Shown: positions 26,962 through 37,961, numbered from the stretch's first letter. The stretch is 64,000 bases of DNA from an uncultured Clostridia bacterium (GCA_934277645.1 CAKQUX010000002.1:241897-305896), one strand, 5' to 3'. Program-made: numbers and translations. Notes: a model not told the origin generated them from the sequence alone.

Positions 26962-29900
26962 AAAGATTTTGGTTATCGGAAGCGGTCCTATCGTAATAGG
27001 TCAGGCGGCGGAATTCGACTATGCGGGAACGCAAGCCTGCCTTGCGCTCAAAGAAGAGGGCTATGAAGTCGTTTTAGTCAACAGCAATCCCGCTACGATA
27101 ATGACGGATACGCTTATAGCCGACAAGGTATATATGGAGCCGCTCGACTTAGAGCACGTCGCAAAAATAATAAGATACGAAAGACCCGACGGCTTGCTTT
27201 GCTCGATTGGCGGACAAACGGGACTTAATCTCGGAATGCAGCTTTACAAAAAAGGCATACTCGACGAATGTCAGGTAGAGCTTTTGGGAACGAGTTACGA
27301 CGCAATAGCGAAAGCGGAAGACAGACAGCTTTTCAAATATTTATGTGAAGAAATAGGCGAGCCGATTTTGGAATCGCTTACGGCAACGACAATAGACGAA
27401 GCTCTTGCCGCGGCGGACAAAATAGGCTATCCCGTCATCATAAGACCTGCTTTTACGCTTGGCGGCACGGGCGGCGGATTTGCCGATGACGCGGACGAAC
27501 TTGTGCCGCTTGTCAAAAACGCTCTTAAACTTTCGCCTGTCACGCAGGTGCTTGTCGAAAAATCCATAAAGGGCTTTAAAGAGATAGAATACGAGGTTTT
27601 AAGGGACAAAAACGATACGGCGCTTGTCGTTTGTAATATGGAAAATCTCGACCCTGTCGGAATACACACAGGCGACAGCATAGTCGTTGCGCCGAGCCAG
27701 ACGCTTACGAACAAAGAATATCAAATGCTAAGAAACAGCGCGCTTAAAATCATAAGGGCACTAAAAATCGAAGGCGGATGCAACGTTCAGTTCTCGCTTG
27801 ACCCGTTCAGCTTTAAGTATTACGTTATCGAAGTAAACCCGAGAGTCAGCCGTTCGTCGGCTTTGGCTTCGAAAGCAAGCGGTTATCCGATTGCGAGAGT
27901 TTCTGCAAAAATCGCCGTCGGACTTACGCTTGACGAAATTGACATAGCAAACACAAAGGCGGCGTTTGAACCGACGCTCGATTACGTCGTCACGAAAGTG
28001 CCGCGTTTCCCGTTTGACAAGTTTAACGACGCAAACAGAACGCTCAGCACGCAGATGAAAGCTACGGGTGAAGTAATGGCAATCGGCAGAACGGTTGAAG
28101 AAAGTTTGCTTAAAGCAATCAGGTCACTCGAAATAGGGGCTTGCCACTTAGAGCTTGAAAAGTTAAAAGGAATGTCAAAGCACGATTTGGTCGATTTGAT
28201 AATCGCGAACACCGACGAAAGAATTTTTGCCATAGCCGAAGCGTTCAGAAACGATATTCCGCTCGATTACATTTACAGCCTTACGAAGATAGACAGATTT
28301 TTCCTTGAAAAAGTTTTGCACATAGTGGAGCTTGAAAGAAAACTCAAATCGGACGGAATGACAAAAGACAGCCTTTATCTTGCAAAGCGTTTCGGATTTG
28401 CCGACGAATATTTAGCCTCTCTTTGGGACGTTAGCGGACTTACGGTGCGAGAAAAGAGAAAGGAATTTAAAATTCTGCCCGTCTACAAAATGATAGATAC
28501 TTGCGCAAGCGAGTTCAAGTCGTACGTTCCTTACTTCTATTCGACTTACGAGAGAGAGAACGAGTCGATAGTGACGGACAATAAAAAGGTTATCGTTTTA
28601 GGTAGCGGACCGATAAGAATAGGACAGGGCGTCGAGTTTGACTATTCAACCGTTCACGCAGTTTGGGCGCTTAAAGAAGAAGGCTATGAAGCGATAATCA
28701 TTAACAACAATCCCGAAACCGTTTCGACTGACTACACACTGTCGGACAAACTTTATTTCGAGCCGCTGACGTTTGAAGACGTTATGAACGTTATCGAACT
28801 TGAAAAGCCGAACGGCGTAATCGTAGCTCTCGGCGGACAGACCGCAATAAATCTTGCCGACGACCTTACCGCGGCAGGAGTCAAGATTATCGGAAGCGAC
28901 AGCGAAGCGATTGCCAACGCCGAAGACCGTGACAAGTTTATCGCGGCGTTAAACAAACTGAACATACCAATGCCGGACGGCAGAGCGGTGTTCAACGTCG
29001 AAGACGGCGTAAAAGCTGCAAAGGAAATCGGCTATCCCGTTCTCGTCAGACCGAGTTACGTTTTGGGCGGAAGAATGATGCACATCGTCTATGACGAAAA
29101 ATCGCTTAAAGGCTTTTTGTCGGAAGCGGTCAAACTAAACAAAAAGCACCCTGTACTTATAGATAAATATATAGTCGGAACGGAATGTGAAGTCGACGCC
29201 GTGTGCGACGGAAAAGAAGTTTTTATTCCGGGCATTATGGAGCATATCGAAAAAGCAGGCGTTCACTCGGGCGACTCTATGAGCGTATATCCGGCTATGT
29301 CGCTCGGCGAAAAGGTCGAAAAAGTAATTATCGATTATACGTCAAGGGTGGGTGTTGCTTTAAAAATCGTAGGACCGTTCAACATTCAGTTTATAGTAGA
29401 CAGAAAGGACAACGACAAGGTTTACATAATAGAAGTAAATCCGAGAAGTTCGCGTTCGGTGCCGTTCCTTGCAAAATCCACGAGCGTGCCGATTGCAAAC
29501 GTATCGACGAAAGTTATGCTTGGCAAAACCCTCAAAGAGCAAGGCTATACGGGAGTATATAAGAAAAAGGACAGATGGTACGTTAAAGCGCCTGTGTTCA
29601 GTTTCTCAAAGCTCAGCGGACTTGACGCCGTATTGTCGCCTGAAATGAAATCGACAGGCGAGGCGATAGGCTATGACAAATCGCTTAACCGCGCTATACT
29701 TAAAGCCATAAAAGCGTCGGGAATGAAAGTCGCAAACTACGGAACGGTTTTTGCAACTATTGCAGACAAGGATAAGGACGTCGCATTAAAACTGCTTAAA
29801 AGATTTTACGACTTAGGTTTTAACATCGAAGCCACAAGCGGAACGGCGGAGTTCTTGAAGAAGCACGGAATAAGAACGAGGGTAAAAAAGAAGATTTCGC

Positions 29901-30115
29901 AAGGCTCCGAGGAGATTTTGGATTCGCTCAGAAAGGGCTACGTCACTTACGTCGTAAATACGATAAGCGACGGTGAAATGACGGGAGCGAGAGACGGCGT
30001 AAAGATAAGACGAACGGCAATCGAAAACAACGTTCCCGTGTTTACGTCGCTCGATACGGTAAACGTCTTGCTTGACGTTTTGGAAGAAACTACAATGGGG
30101 ATTTCGTGTATATAA
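26939..30115 (+). CDS. carB: carbamoyl-phosphate synthase large subunit
   Basis: 1058 aa with duplicated ATP-grasp halves and a C-terminal MGS-like domain. Confidence 0.95.
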   Translation: MPKRTDIKKILVIGSGPIVIGQAAEFDYAGTQACLALKEEGYEVVLVNSNPATIMTDTLIADKVYMEPLDLEHVAKIIRYERPDGLLCSIGGQTGLNLGMQLYKKGILDECQVELLGTSYDAIAKAEDRQLFKYLCEEIGEPILESLTATTIDEALAAADKIGYPVIIRPAFTLGGTGGGFADDADELVPLVKNALKLSPVTQVLVEKSIKGFKEIEYEVLRDKNDTALVVCNMENLDPVGIHTGDSIVVAPSQTLTNKEYQMLRNSALKIIRALKIEGGCNVQFSLDPFSFKYYVIEVNPRVSRSSALASKASGYPIARVSAKIAVGLTLDEIDIANTKAAFEPTLDYVVTKVPRFPFDKFNDANRTLSTQMKATGEVMAIGRTVEESLLKAIRSLEIGACHLELEKLKGMSKHDLVDLIIANTDERIFAIAEAFRNDIPLDYIYSLTKIDRFFLEKVLHIVELERKLKSDGMTKDSLYLAKRFGFADEYLASLWDVSGLTVREKRKEFKILPVYKMIDTCASEFKSYVPYFYSTYERENESIVTDNKKVIVLGSGPIRIGQGVEFDYSTVHAVWALKEEGYEAIIINNNPETVSTDYTLSDKLYFEPLTFEDVMNVIELEKPNGVIVALGGQTAINLADDLTAAGVKIIGSDSEAIANAEDRDKFIAALNKLNIPMPDGRAVFNVEDGVKAAKEIGYPVLVRPSYVLGGRMMHIVYDEKSLKGFLSEAVKLNKKHPVLIDKYIVGTECEVDAVCDGKEVFIPGIMEHIEKAGVHSGDSMSVYPAMSLGEKVEKVIIDYTSRVGVALKIVGPFNIQFIVDRKDNDKVYIIEVNPRSSRSVPFLAKSTSVPIANVSTKVMLGKTLKEQGYTGVYKKKDRWYVKAPVFSFSKLSGLDAVLSPEMKSTGEAIGYDKSLNRAILKAIKASGMKVANYGTVFATIADKDKDVALKLLKRFYDLGFNIEATSGTAEFLKKHGIRTRVKKKISQGSEEILDSLRKGYVTYVVNTISDGEMTGARDGVKIRRTAIENNVPVFTSLDTVNVLLDVLEETTMGISCI

Positions 30116-30843
30116 TGAGAAATGAAATTTTAACGATAAAAAACAACGTAAAACTGTCCGATGACGTTTTTGTGATGACGTTTTTAAAGTCGGACGCAAA
30201 CTACAAGGCAGGACAGTTTGTCGAGCTTAAAGTGGACGGCTTTACGTTACGCAGACCTTTCGGAGTGTATGACTACTTTGGCGGCGAACTCAGTTTGCTT
30301 TACAAAGTGGTCGGTGGCGGAACGGCAAAGATGGCAACGCTTAAAAGCGGTGACAAGCTCGACGCTTTGACGGAACTCGGAAACGGCTTTGACATATCTA
30401 AAAGCCAAAAACCGCTTTTAATCGGCGGCGGACTCGGCGCGGCTCCGCTTTATTATCTTGCTAAGCAATTTAACGAAACAGGCATAAAACCGAATATGTT
30501 GCTTGCCGCTAAAACGAGCACCGATTTGGTGTTTATCGACGATTTTAAAAAGGTGGCGAACGTGTTTGTTGCGACCGACGACGGAACTATGGGCTATAAG
30601 GGCAACGTGGTTGAGGGTTTAAAGCATTACGATTTTGATTTCGATCGCTATTACGCTTGCGGCTCGACCGTTATGCTCAAATGGGTAAAGACGTTTTCGG
30701 ATAGCGGCGATATGTCGATGGAAGCGAGAATGGCTTGCGGTTTCGGCGCGTGTATGGGCTGTTCGATAATGACTACAAACGGCGCAAAAAGGGTTTGCAA
30801 AGACGGTCCCGTTTTCGACGCAAAGGAGATAATCTTTGACTAA
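30115..30843 (+). CDS. pyrK: dihydroorotate dehydrogenase electron-transfer subunit
   Basis: FAD/NAD-binding fold with a C-terminal [2Fe-2S] Cys cluster (CG.G.C..C). ATG 30115 overlaps the carB TAA (TAATG). Confidence 0.85.
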   Translation: MRNEILTIKNNVKLSDDVFVMTFLKSDANYKAGQFVELKVDGFTLRRPFGVYDYFGGELSLLYKVVGGGTAKMATLKSGDKLDALTELGNGFDISKSQKPLLIGGGLGAAPLYYLAKQFNETGIKPNMLLAAKTSTDLVFIDDFKKVANVFVATDDGTMGYKGNVVEGLKHYDFDFDRYYACGSTVMLKWVKTFSDSGDMSMEARMACGFGACMGCSIMTTNGAKRVCKDGPVFDAKEIIFD

Positions 30844-31753
30844 CGTAAATTTAAAGGTGAATTTGTTTGGGGAAGAGCTTCAAAACCCCGTGATACCTGC
30901 AAGCGGAACGTTCGGATTCGGCTATGAATTTGCGGACGTTTACGACATAAACTGCTTAGGCTCTATATCGCTCAAAGGCACGACGTTAAACGAGAGATAC
31001 GGAAATCCGCTTCCGAGAGTTGCCGAATGTCCCGTCGGAATGTTGAACGCAATCGGTTTGCAAAATAAGGGCGTCGACAAAGTCATATCCGAAGAAATAG
31101 AAAAATTGAAAAAGGTTTATGACAAAAGAGTCATTGCAAACGTGGGCGGACATTCGACCGACGAATACGTCGAAGTAGTACGCCGATTTAATGAATGCGA
31201 CAAGGTGTTTGCGATAGAACTTAACATTTCTTGTCCGAACGTAAAAGGCGGCGGAATGGCTTTCGGAACGGACCCGAAAATTGCGGAAAGCCTTGTCAAG
31301 GAAGTGAAAAAGGTGGCTAAAAAGCCGATTATGGTAAAACTCAGTCCTAACGTTACGAGCATAACCGAAATGGCGAAAGCGGTTGAAGGCGCAGGCGCAG
31401 ACGGCATAAGCCTTATAAACACGCTCGTAGGAATGAGAATAGATTTACAAAGCCGTCAACCGATACTTAAAGTAAAGAGCGGCGGTTACAGCGGAAGAGG
31501 AGTTTTTCCTATTGCAGTAAAAATGGTGTATGACGTTTATCGAGCGGTAAGCGTTCCGATTGTCGGAATGGGTGGCATAACGAACGCAAAAGAAGCGGTC
31601 GAAATGATGATGGCAGGCGCAACCGCCGTTATGGTGGGAACGGAAAACTTAATAAACCCTTATGCTTCAAAAGAAATAATCGACGACTTGCCGAACGTGT
31701 TAAAACAACTTAACGTAAGTGATATAAACGAAATTATAGGGAGTGCAAAATGA
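30836..31753 (+). CDS. pyrD: dihydroorotate dehydrogenase 1B catalytic subunit
   Basis: Class 1B PyrD sequence (NPVIPASGTFGFG, NISCPN) following pyrK. Confidence 0.9.
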   Translation: MTNVNLKVNLFGEELQNPVIPASGTFGFGYEFADVYDINCLGSISLKGTTLNERYGNPLPRVAECPVGMLNAIGLQNKGVDKVISEEIEKLKKVYDKRVIANVGGHSTDEYVEVVRRFNECDKVFAIELNISCPNVKGGGMAFGTDPKIAESLVKEVKKVAKKPIMVKLSPNVTSITEMAKAVEGAGADGISLINTLVGMRIDLQSRQPILKVKSGGYSGRGVFPIAVKMVYDVYRAVSVPIVGMGGITNAKEAVEMMMAGATAVMVGTENLINPYASKEIIDDLPNVLKQLNVSDINEIIGSAK

Positions 31754-32436
31754 AAGACGTAATGATAGCCTGCGATTTTGAAGGCAAAAAAGAGCTTGAT
31801 GACTTTTTAGCGAAAATGGGCGACGAAAAGCCGTTTTTAAAAATAGGAATGGAATTGTTTTACAAAGAAGGCGCGCCGCTTGTCGTCGAACTTAAAGAAA
31901 AGGGATACAAAATTTTCCTTGACCTTAAATTGCACGACATTCCGAACACCGTTTATAAGGCTATGAAGAATCTTGCAAAGCTCGGCGTGGATATAACGAA
32001 CGTTCACGCAGGCGGCGGCATAGAAATGATGAAAGCCGCAAAAAGGGGACTCGACGAAGAAGCGAGCGGAGCAAAACTTATAGCCGTCACGATTTTGACG
32101 TCACTTGACGATAAGGCGCTGACGGACGAGCTTTGCATAAAGATGACGGCAAACGAAGCCGTAAGGCAGTATGCGTCAAACGCCGCAAAAGCAGGGCTTG
32201 ACGGAATAGTCTGTTCACCTTACGAAGCGCCGATTGCAAAAGAATTGAATTTGCTTTCCGTTACGCCGGGCATAAGACTTGCAGGCGACAGCGTCGGCGA
32301 CCAAAAGAGAGTTGCAACGCCGTCGTTTGCGAAAGAACAAGGAAGCGATTACATAGTAGTCGGCAGGTCGATAACGGGCGCGGAAAATCCGCTTGAAGCG
32401 TACCTTAAATGCAAAAGAGAGTTTTTGGGTAAGTAG
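31750..32436 (+). CDS. pyrF: orotidine 5'-phosphate decarboxylase
   Basis: FLDLKLHDIPNT motif. Overlaps pyrD by 4 nt. Confidence 0.9.
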   Translation: MKDVMIACDFEGKKELDDFLAKMGDEKPFLKIGMELFYKEGAPLVVELKEKGYKIFLDLKLHDIPNTVYKAMKNLAKLGVDITNVHAGGGIEMMKAAKRGLDEEASGAKLIAVTILTSLDDKALTDELCIKMTANEAVRQYASNAAKAGLDGIVCSPYEAPIAKELNLLSVTPGIRLAGDSVGDQKRVATPSFAKEQGSDYIVVGRSITGAENPLEAYLKCKREFLGK

Positions 32437-32705
32437 CGATAAACAAGTTCGATAAAGAACGAACGTAGCTTTTAGCCGTTTAAACAAAACGACAGATAAT
32501 CGTTTTAAGGTAAAAAACAAATAAAGCAAAACGAATAGATTTAATTTAAAGCAAGCGTTAAAAATTCATTCGGACTCAAACGCAAATAAAGGGTTTAGGC
32601 GTTCAAATAAAACTTTAAGCAAGGTTTTGCCTCATTAAGCCGACGATTAAAAGAAAAAATAATCGTAAAAAATCGAAACAAAAAACTTAAAAGGGTGATA
32701 CAATT

Positions 32706-33362
32706 ATGGAAAATAAACAGTTAAATACAGAAATTGAAGTAGCAGAAATTTTACTTTCAATCAAAGCAGTCTTTTTAAGACCGAGCGAGCCTTTTACTTG
32801 GGCAAGCGGAATTAAGTCGCCTATTTATTGCGACAACCGCCTTACGCTCGCTTATCCCTCCAAAAGAAAGTTCATTGAAAACGCAATGGCGGAAATAGTA
32901 AAGACGGAGTATCCCGAATGCGAAGCGCTTTACGGCACGTCAACGGCAGGAATTCCGCACGCCGCAATAATGAGCGAAATTTTAGAAATGCCTATGGGAT
33001 ACGTTCGCAGCAGCGAAAAGTCGCACGGCAGAGAGAACAAAATCGAGGGAGCTTCGCCACTCGGCAAGAAAGTCGTTGTGGTAGAAGATTTGATTTCGAC
33101 GGCAGGCTCGTCAATCGACGTTGTCAATGCGCTTAGAGAAGCAGGCGCAACCGTTCTCGGAATCGTTTCGGTTTTCACCTATGGACTTAAAAAGGGTGCA
33201 ATAAGACTTGACGAAGCGAGCGTCAAAAACGTTTCGCTTTCAAATCTTGACGCCGTGCTTAAAGTTGCAACGGACGGCGGTTATATCACAGATAGGGAAA
33301 AACGAATGTTACTTGCTTTCAGAGAAAATCCGAGCGACGCGTCTTGGCAAAACGTCGAATGA
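32706..33362 (+). CDS. pyrE: orotate phosphoribosyltransferase
   Basis: PRPP-binding motif VVVVEDLISTAGS. Confidence 0.9.
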   Translation: MENKQLNTEIEVAEILLSIKAVFLRPSEPFTWASGIKSPIYCDNRLTLAYPSKRKFIENAMAEIVKTEYPECEALYGTSTAGIPHAAIMSEILEMPMGYVRSSEKSHGRENKIEGASPLGKKVVVVEDLISTAGSSIDVVNALREAGATVLGIVSVFTYGLKKGAIRLDEASVKNVSLSNLDAVLKVATDGGYITDREKRMLLAFRENPSDASWQNVE

Positions 33363-33385
33363 TTTTCGTTTAACAAAAGGAGTAT

Positions 33386-35272
33386 ATTATAAACACTTTC
33401 AACGAACTTGCCATTTCGGACGAAATTAAACTTTCGCTTGACGAAATGGGATTTACCGAACCTACGCCGATTCAAGCGGAGGTTATTCCGCTTATGCTAA
33501 GCGGCGAAGACGTTCTTGCGCAAGCCCCGACGGGAACGGGCAAAACTTGCGCTTTTGGAATTCCTGTTATAAATGCAGTTGACGTAAACAACTCGCTTGT
33601 GCAAAGTCTTGTGCTTTGCCCGACAAGAGAACTTGCAATGCAAATAGAAAGAGAACTTAAAAAAATTGCAAGTCATACGCAAGTAAGAATACTCGCGCTT
33701 TTTGGCGGACAAAACATTGAAAGACAAATGGCAGGACTAAGGCGCAAACCGCACGTCGTCGTCGGCACGCCGGGGAGAGTTATCGACCATATCCGCCGTA
33801 AAACCTTAAAGCTGCACGGAGTAAACACGCTTGTGCTTGACGAGGCGGACGAAATGCTCGATATGGGTTTTCGCGGCGACATAGACCAAATCGAACAAAA
33901 ACTTCCGCCAAAAAGGCAAACCGCATTGCTTAGCGCGACGATGGCGAAAGAAATTCTCGAAATTTCAAGAAGTTATCAAATCGACCCCGTCAGCGTTAAG
34001 ACGACGGTGGGCGAATTTGAAGTTCCCGAAATCGGACAATACTACGTCAAACTTAGCGAAGACAAAAAGTACGAAGCCTTAAAAAGGATTTTAAGGGAAA
34101 GGGATTATAAATTTGTTTTAGTATTTTGCAACACAAAAGCAAGGGTAGAGGCGCTTTATGAAAAGCTCGACTCGGACGGCTATCTTTGTGCCGGTTTGCA
34201 CGGCGATTTGAAACAGCGATTTCGTGACAAGATAATGAAAGCATACAGAGCAAAACAGCTAAACGTTTTGGTTGCAACCGACGTTGCGGCAAGGGGTATA
34301 GACGTAGACGGCGTTGAGGCGATTTTCAACTATGACGTGCCGCTTGACGAGGAGTTTTACGTTCATCGTATAGGCAGAACGGCAAGGGCGAACAAAACGG
34401 GCGAAGCAATATCGTTTGTGACAAAACGTGATATTTATAGGCTTAATATTTATGAAAAGCTCACAAAAACGCCTATCGAAGAAATGGTGCTTGACGGACT
34501 TAGCTTAGGCTTTACGTCAAAGGAAAAAAATCAAGAGCTGTTCAGGGTGTTTTTAAATCTCGGCAGTAAAGATAAAATAGGCGAAGCAGAGCTAAAAAGG
34601 TTCGTCGGCTCGAATTCAAAAATAGGAATAGACGAAGTAAAAAACGTACGAATTTGCGACCTATACTCATTTTTTGAGGTAAAGCCCGAATTTATGCAAG
34701 ACGCCTTATCGCTTAACGGAAGAAAATATTTGGGCAGGTTTATTGCCGTTGAAGCGGCAGGCAAAGAAAAGCAAACGGACAAAACCATAAAAAATTCATA
34801 CGGCAAGCAAAAAAATGCCGCAAAAAAAGGCGGAAACAAAAAACACGACGGCAAGAAAAAACCGATAAGCGATAAAAATCAAAGTTACAACAAGTCCGAA
34901 AAGAGTGTAAAAAACAACGATTTCGACTTTGGAAAAAGAGATTTAACGGGTTCGACAAAAACTAAAAACACAAGCGGCAAAAATAAAAATGCCGCAAAAA
35001 ACAGCAAAAATGCCGATTATGTAGACAGCGGCAAAAAACGAAACAGCGGCAATAATTCAAATGGCAGCGGCAAAAACACAAGGGGAGCAAAAAACGCAAA
35101 CGGTGGAAAAAACGCAAACAACGCAAACCTTGGCGGAAAAGCGAAATTCGGAAAAAACGTAAGCGGCGGCAAAAATTCAAAGGGCAAAAGCAATGCAAAA
35201 AACAAAACGCACGACGTAAACAGCCATATTGAAAAACCGAAAAAACGATATTATTTTGACGAAGAATATTGA
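33386..35272 (+). CDS. DEAD-box ATP-dependent RNA helicase with DbpA-like RNA-binding domain and a K/N/G-rich basic tail
   Basis: Q-motif, AQAPTGTGKT, DEAD, SAT and HRIGRTAR motifs. The conserved region TFNELAIS..GFTEPTPIQ lies upstream of the first ATG (33446). Only ATT 33386 or ATA 33389 are available after AAAGGAG. Confidence 0.8.
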   Translation: MINTFNELAISDEIKLSLDEMGFTEPTPIQAEVIPLMLSGEDVLAQAPTGTGKTCAFGIPVINAVDVNNSLVQSLVLCPTRELAMQIERELKKIASHTQVRILALFGGQNIERQMAGLRRKPHVVVGTPGRVIDHIRRKTLKLHGVNTLVLDEADEMLDMGFRGDIDQIEQKLPPKRQTALLSATMAKEILEISRSYQIDPVSVKTTVGEFEVPEIGQYYVKLSEDKKYEALKRILRERDYKFVLVFCNTKARVEALYEKLDSDGYLCAGLHGDLKQRFRDKIMKAYRAKQLNVLVATDVAARGIDVDGVEAIFNYDVPLDEEFYVHRIGRTARANKTGEAISFVTKRDIYRLNIYEKLTKTPIEEMVLDGLSLGFTSKEKNQELFRVFLNLGSKDKIGEAELKRFVGSNSKIGIDEVKNVRICDLYSFFEVKPEFMQDALSLNGRKYLGRFIAVEAAGKEKQTDKTIKNSYGKQKNAAKKGGNKKHDGKKKPISDKNQSYNKSEKSVKNNDFDFGKRDLTGSTKTKNTSGKNKNAAKNSKNADYVDSGKKRNSGNNSNGSGKNTRGAKNANGGKNANNANLGGKAKFGKNVSGGKNSKGKSNAKNKTHDVNSHIEKPKKRYYFDEEY

Positions 35273-35466
35273 TTTTTTGCAGGCGGTCGGTCTGCAAAAA
35301 AGCAGTTATATTTTCGTCCTGCCGAAGCTGTATTTGCTCGGTGGCAAGTTATATCGAGTTACTTGCGATAAATCAGATATTTGCCTTGCGGCAAGTTGGG
35401 TAAACTTAAAAGCAAACAATCAACTATGATTTGCTTTTAAATCTTCAGTCGCTTAAATAATGCAAC

Positions 35467-35495
35467 TTGACACACTGTGCATATAGGGTTATAAT
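35467..35495 (+). promoter_or_regulatory. sigma-A-type promoter TTGACA-17-TATAAT
   Basis: TTGACA at 35467-35472 and TATAAT at 35490-35495. Confidence 0.65.
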
Positions 35496-35527
35496 TATAA
35501 CGCTGTAAACAGCACAAGGAGAAAATT

Positions 35528-36271
35528 ATGGACGAAAAGAAAAACGGAGTCGTCGAAAATGTTCAAGATACGGTAGAACAGACAGAAGTCGCCGAAGTAG
35601 CGGCAGAGACGGCAACGGCTGAAAATCAAGACGGCGAAGTTAAGAAAAAGAAAAAACTTCCTGCATGGCTTCAAAAACTTGTTGACAAAATCAATTCAAA
35701 CGAAGACGTCAGACAAATGGTTCTTTTCACGTTGTTCAGCTTCATTTGCGGAGCGTCGCAGCTTGTAATCACCTATTTGCTTTCGCTTTTAAGATTTGCA
35801 GGCGGTGTGTTGAATACTCCGTTCGCAGGACTTCCTGTAGGAACGATTACCATTTTCGGTTACCCGACGACGGCGGAATTTATCGGTTTCTTAGTCGGCT
35901 CGATAGTCGGTCAGGTATTGACGTTTATCTTAAACCGCAAGAAGACGTTTAATGCAACGAACAACATAGTAGTGTCGGTTATTATGTATATAATACTCGC
36001 GCTCTTCATCATCTTTATGCAAACCCTTTTGGGTGGCGCGGTCACGCAAGCGTTGTGGGCGGCAAAGCCTGACGCAGGCGAATTCCTTAAACTTGTGTTC
36101 AACTTGGTCGGACAGCTTGTTGCAGGTATTGCGGCATTGATTATCAGCTTCCTTGGAAACAAGTTCCTCGTTATGCGTGACTGGGGCAAAAAGAAGAGAG
36201 AAAAGGAAGCCGCACAAAGCGAAGATGTTCAAAGCGTCGAAGCTCAAGACGGTTCGGCAGACGAACAATAA
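35528..36271 (+). CDS. GtrA-like membrane protein with acidic N- and C-terminal tails
   Basis: Four predicted TM helices with GtrA-like ends (FILNRKKTF, FLGNKFLVMRDW). AAGGAG SD. Confidence 0.55.
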   Translation: MDEKKNGVVENVQDTVEQTEVAEVAAETATAENQDGEVKKKKKLPAWLQKLVDKINSNEDVRQMVLFTLFSFICGASQLVITYLLSLLRFAGGVLNTPFAGLPVGTITIFGYPTTAEFIGFLVGSIVGQVLTFILNRKKTFNATNNIVVSVIMYIILALFIIFMQTLLGGAVTQALWAAKPDAGEFLKLVFNLVGQLVAGIAALIISFLGNKFLVMRDWGKKKREKEAAQSEDVQSVEAQDGSADEQ

Positions 36272-36292
36272 TCGTTAATAGTTAAACTTATC

Positions 36293-36320
36293 AAAAGACC
36301 CGAAAGGGTCTTTTGTTTTG
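36293..36320 (+). terminator. Rho-independent terminator (GAAA tetraloop)
   Basis: aaaagaccc-gaaa-gggtctttt followed by gttttg. Confidence 0.8.
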
Positions 36321-36625
36321 CGTTTTGTATGGGATATGATATTGTTTTAAAGCGCATACATCTATACTTGCCTAAATGCAAAATCGGACTAATGATTTTA
36401 TATGTTTTGCAACGTATACTTTTAGGCTTTGTTTTTTGACCTTCTACAAAAAGGCGATATATGTTTTGAGAATTATGCTTTTGTTGTTTAGCCATTTAGA
36501 TAAGACAAATTTTAAAACGATAATATGAAAACGATAATAGATATAAAACGATATTTAGCGATTTAAAAAATATTTAGCGATTAAAAAATGTTTAATGAGT
36601 TATAAGATAATTAAATCGATTGCTG

Positions 36626-36654
36626 TTGATAGCCGCTTTGAATTGTGATAGAAT
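36626..36654 (+). promoter_or_regulatory. sigma-A-type promoter TTGATA-17-TAGAAT with TG extension
   Basis: TTGATA at 36626-36631 and TGaTAGAAT at 36646-36654. Confidence 0.55.
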
Positions 36655-36722
36655 ATACACAAGTTTAGGTCTAATATGCGTTTAACTATAAAAGCAAGCC
36701 TTAAACGAAAACGGAGAGTAAT

Positions 36723-37961
36723 ATGAAATCTATAACCGAGTTATACAGAATCGGCAGAGGTCCGTCCAGTTCGCATACAATGGGACCGATGAGAGCGGCG
36801 CAAATGTTTAAAGAAGCTATGCCGATAGCGGACGAATATAAGGTCGTTTTGTACGGCTCGCTTGCCTTGACGGGCAAGGGACACCAAACGGACAAAGCGA
36901 TACTCGAAGTATTGGGCGACAAATGCAAAGTCGAATTCAATACTACGGAAAAGTGTCTTAAACACCCGAACACCATGCGCCTGTATGCCTATAAGGACGG
37001 AAACGAGGTTTTGTCGTGGGAAGTGTTGTCCGTCGGCGGCGGCGCAATTCAAATAGTAGGACAACCGTTTACGGAAAGCGAAGAGGTTTACAGATTAAAC
37101 ACCTTTGACGAAATCAAAGCATATTGTTATGAAAACGATATTACGCTTGCGGAATACGTCTACACGGTTGAGCCGTTTATCAAACCGTTCCTTAAAAAGG
37201 TTTGGCAAGCGATGACCGACTCGATTGCAAGGGGCGTCAAAGCAGGCGGCGTACTCGAAGGCGGACTCGACGTTGCAAGAAAAGCGAAAAGATTCTTTTT
37301 GGAACAAAAACCCGACGAACTTCCCGAAACGAAAGAGAGCCGAATTATTTGCGCGTATGCGTTCGCCGTTGCGGAAGAGAACGCGGGGGGCGGAATTATT
37401 GTCACCGCTCCGACGTGCGGCAGTTGCGGCGTCGTTCCGAGCGTGCTTAAATATATGCAGGAGCGACATAAACTTTCCGACGACGAAATTACGGATGCTT
37501 TGGCTGTTGCAGGGCTTATCGGAAACATAATCAAAACCAATGCGTCAATAAGCGGCGCGGAATGCGGTTGTCAGGCAGAGATAGGCTCGGCTTGTTCTAT
37601 GGCGGCGGCAGGAGTCGCACAACTGCTTAAAATGAGCATAGAGCAAATCGAGTATGCGGCGGAAGCAGGAATGGAACATCACTTGGGGCTTACCTGTGAC
37701 CCCGTTTGCGGACTTGTTCAGATTCCGTGCATCGAACGTAACGCCGTTGCGGCTATGATGGCAATGACCGCCGTAAATTTTGCAACCTTTTTGACTGTGA
37801 CAAGAAAAGTTTCGTTCGACACGATAGTCAAAACGATGTACGAAACGGGCAAGGATTTGCCGAGCAGATACAGAGAAACTGCAAAAGGCGGACTTGCAAA
37901 AAATTTCAAGCCGAAACGTAAAATGTCGGGTGTTAAAAATTCAGGTAGAGCAAAGGGTTAA
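36723..37961 (+). CDS. sdaA: L-serine ammonia-lyase (iron-sulfur dependent, single-chain)
   Basis: N-terminus ELYRIGRGPSSSHTMGP and internal CGSCG / ECGCQ Cys motifs. Confidence 0.85.
   Translation: MKSITELYRIGRGPSSSHTMGPMRAAQMFKEAMPIADEYKVVLYGSLALTGKGHQTDKAILEVLGDKCKVEFNTTEKCLKHPNTMRLYAYKDGNEVLSWEVLSVGGGAIQIVGQPFTESEEVYRLNTFDEIKAYCYENDITLAEYVYTVEPFIKPFLKKVWQAMTDSIARGVKAGGVLEGGLDVARKAKRFFLEQKPDELPETKESRIICAYAFAVAEENAGGGIIVTAPTCGSCGVVPSVLKYMQERHKLSDDEITDALAVAGLIGNIIKTNASISGAECGCQAEIGSACSMAAAGVAQLLKMSIEQIEYAAEAGMEHHLGLTCDPVCGLVQIPCIERNAVAAMMAMTAVNFATFLTVTRKVSFDTIVKTMYETGKDLPSRYRETAKGGLAKNFKPKRKMSGVKNSGRAKG

Noticed and set aside
35273-35302. The hairpin ttttttgcag-gcggtcggt-ctgcaaaaaa after the helicase gene, considered as a terminator.
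   Set aside because: The T-run precedes and the A-run follows the stem in both orientations, so there is no 3' U-tract. At best it is a long stem-loop, so it is not listed as a terminator.
36244-36495. An 83-aa basic minus-strand ORF downstream of the GtrA-like gene.
   Set aside because: It has no SD, runs through the terminator and into the 3' end of the convergent gene, and matches no family. It could at most be a gene remnant.
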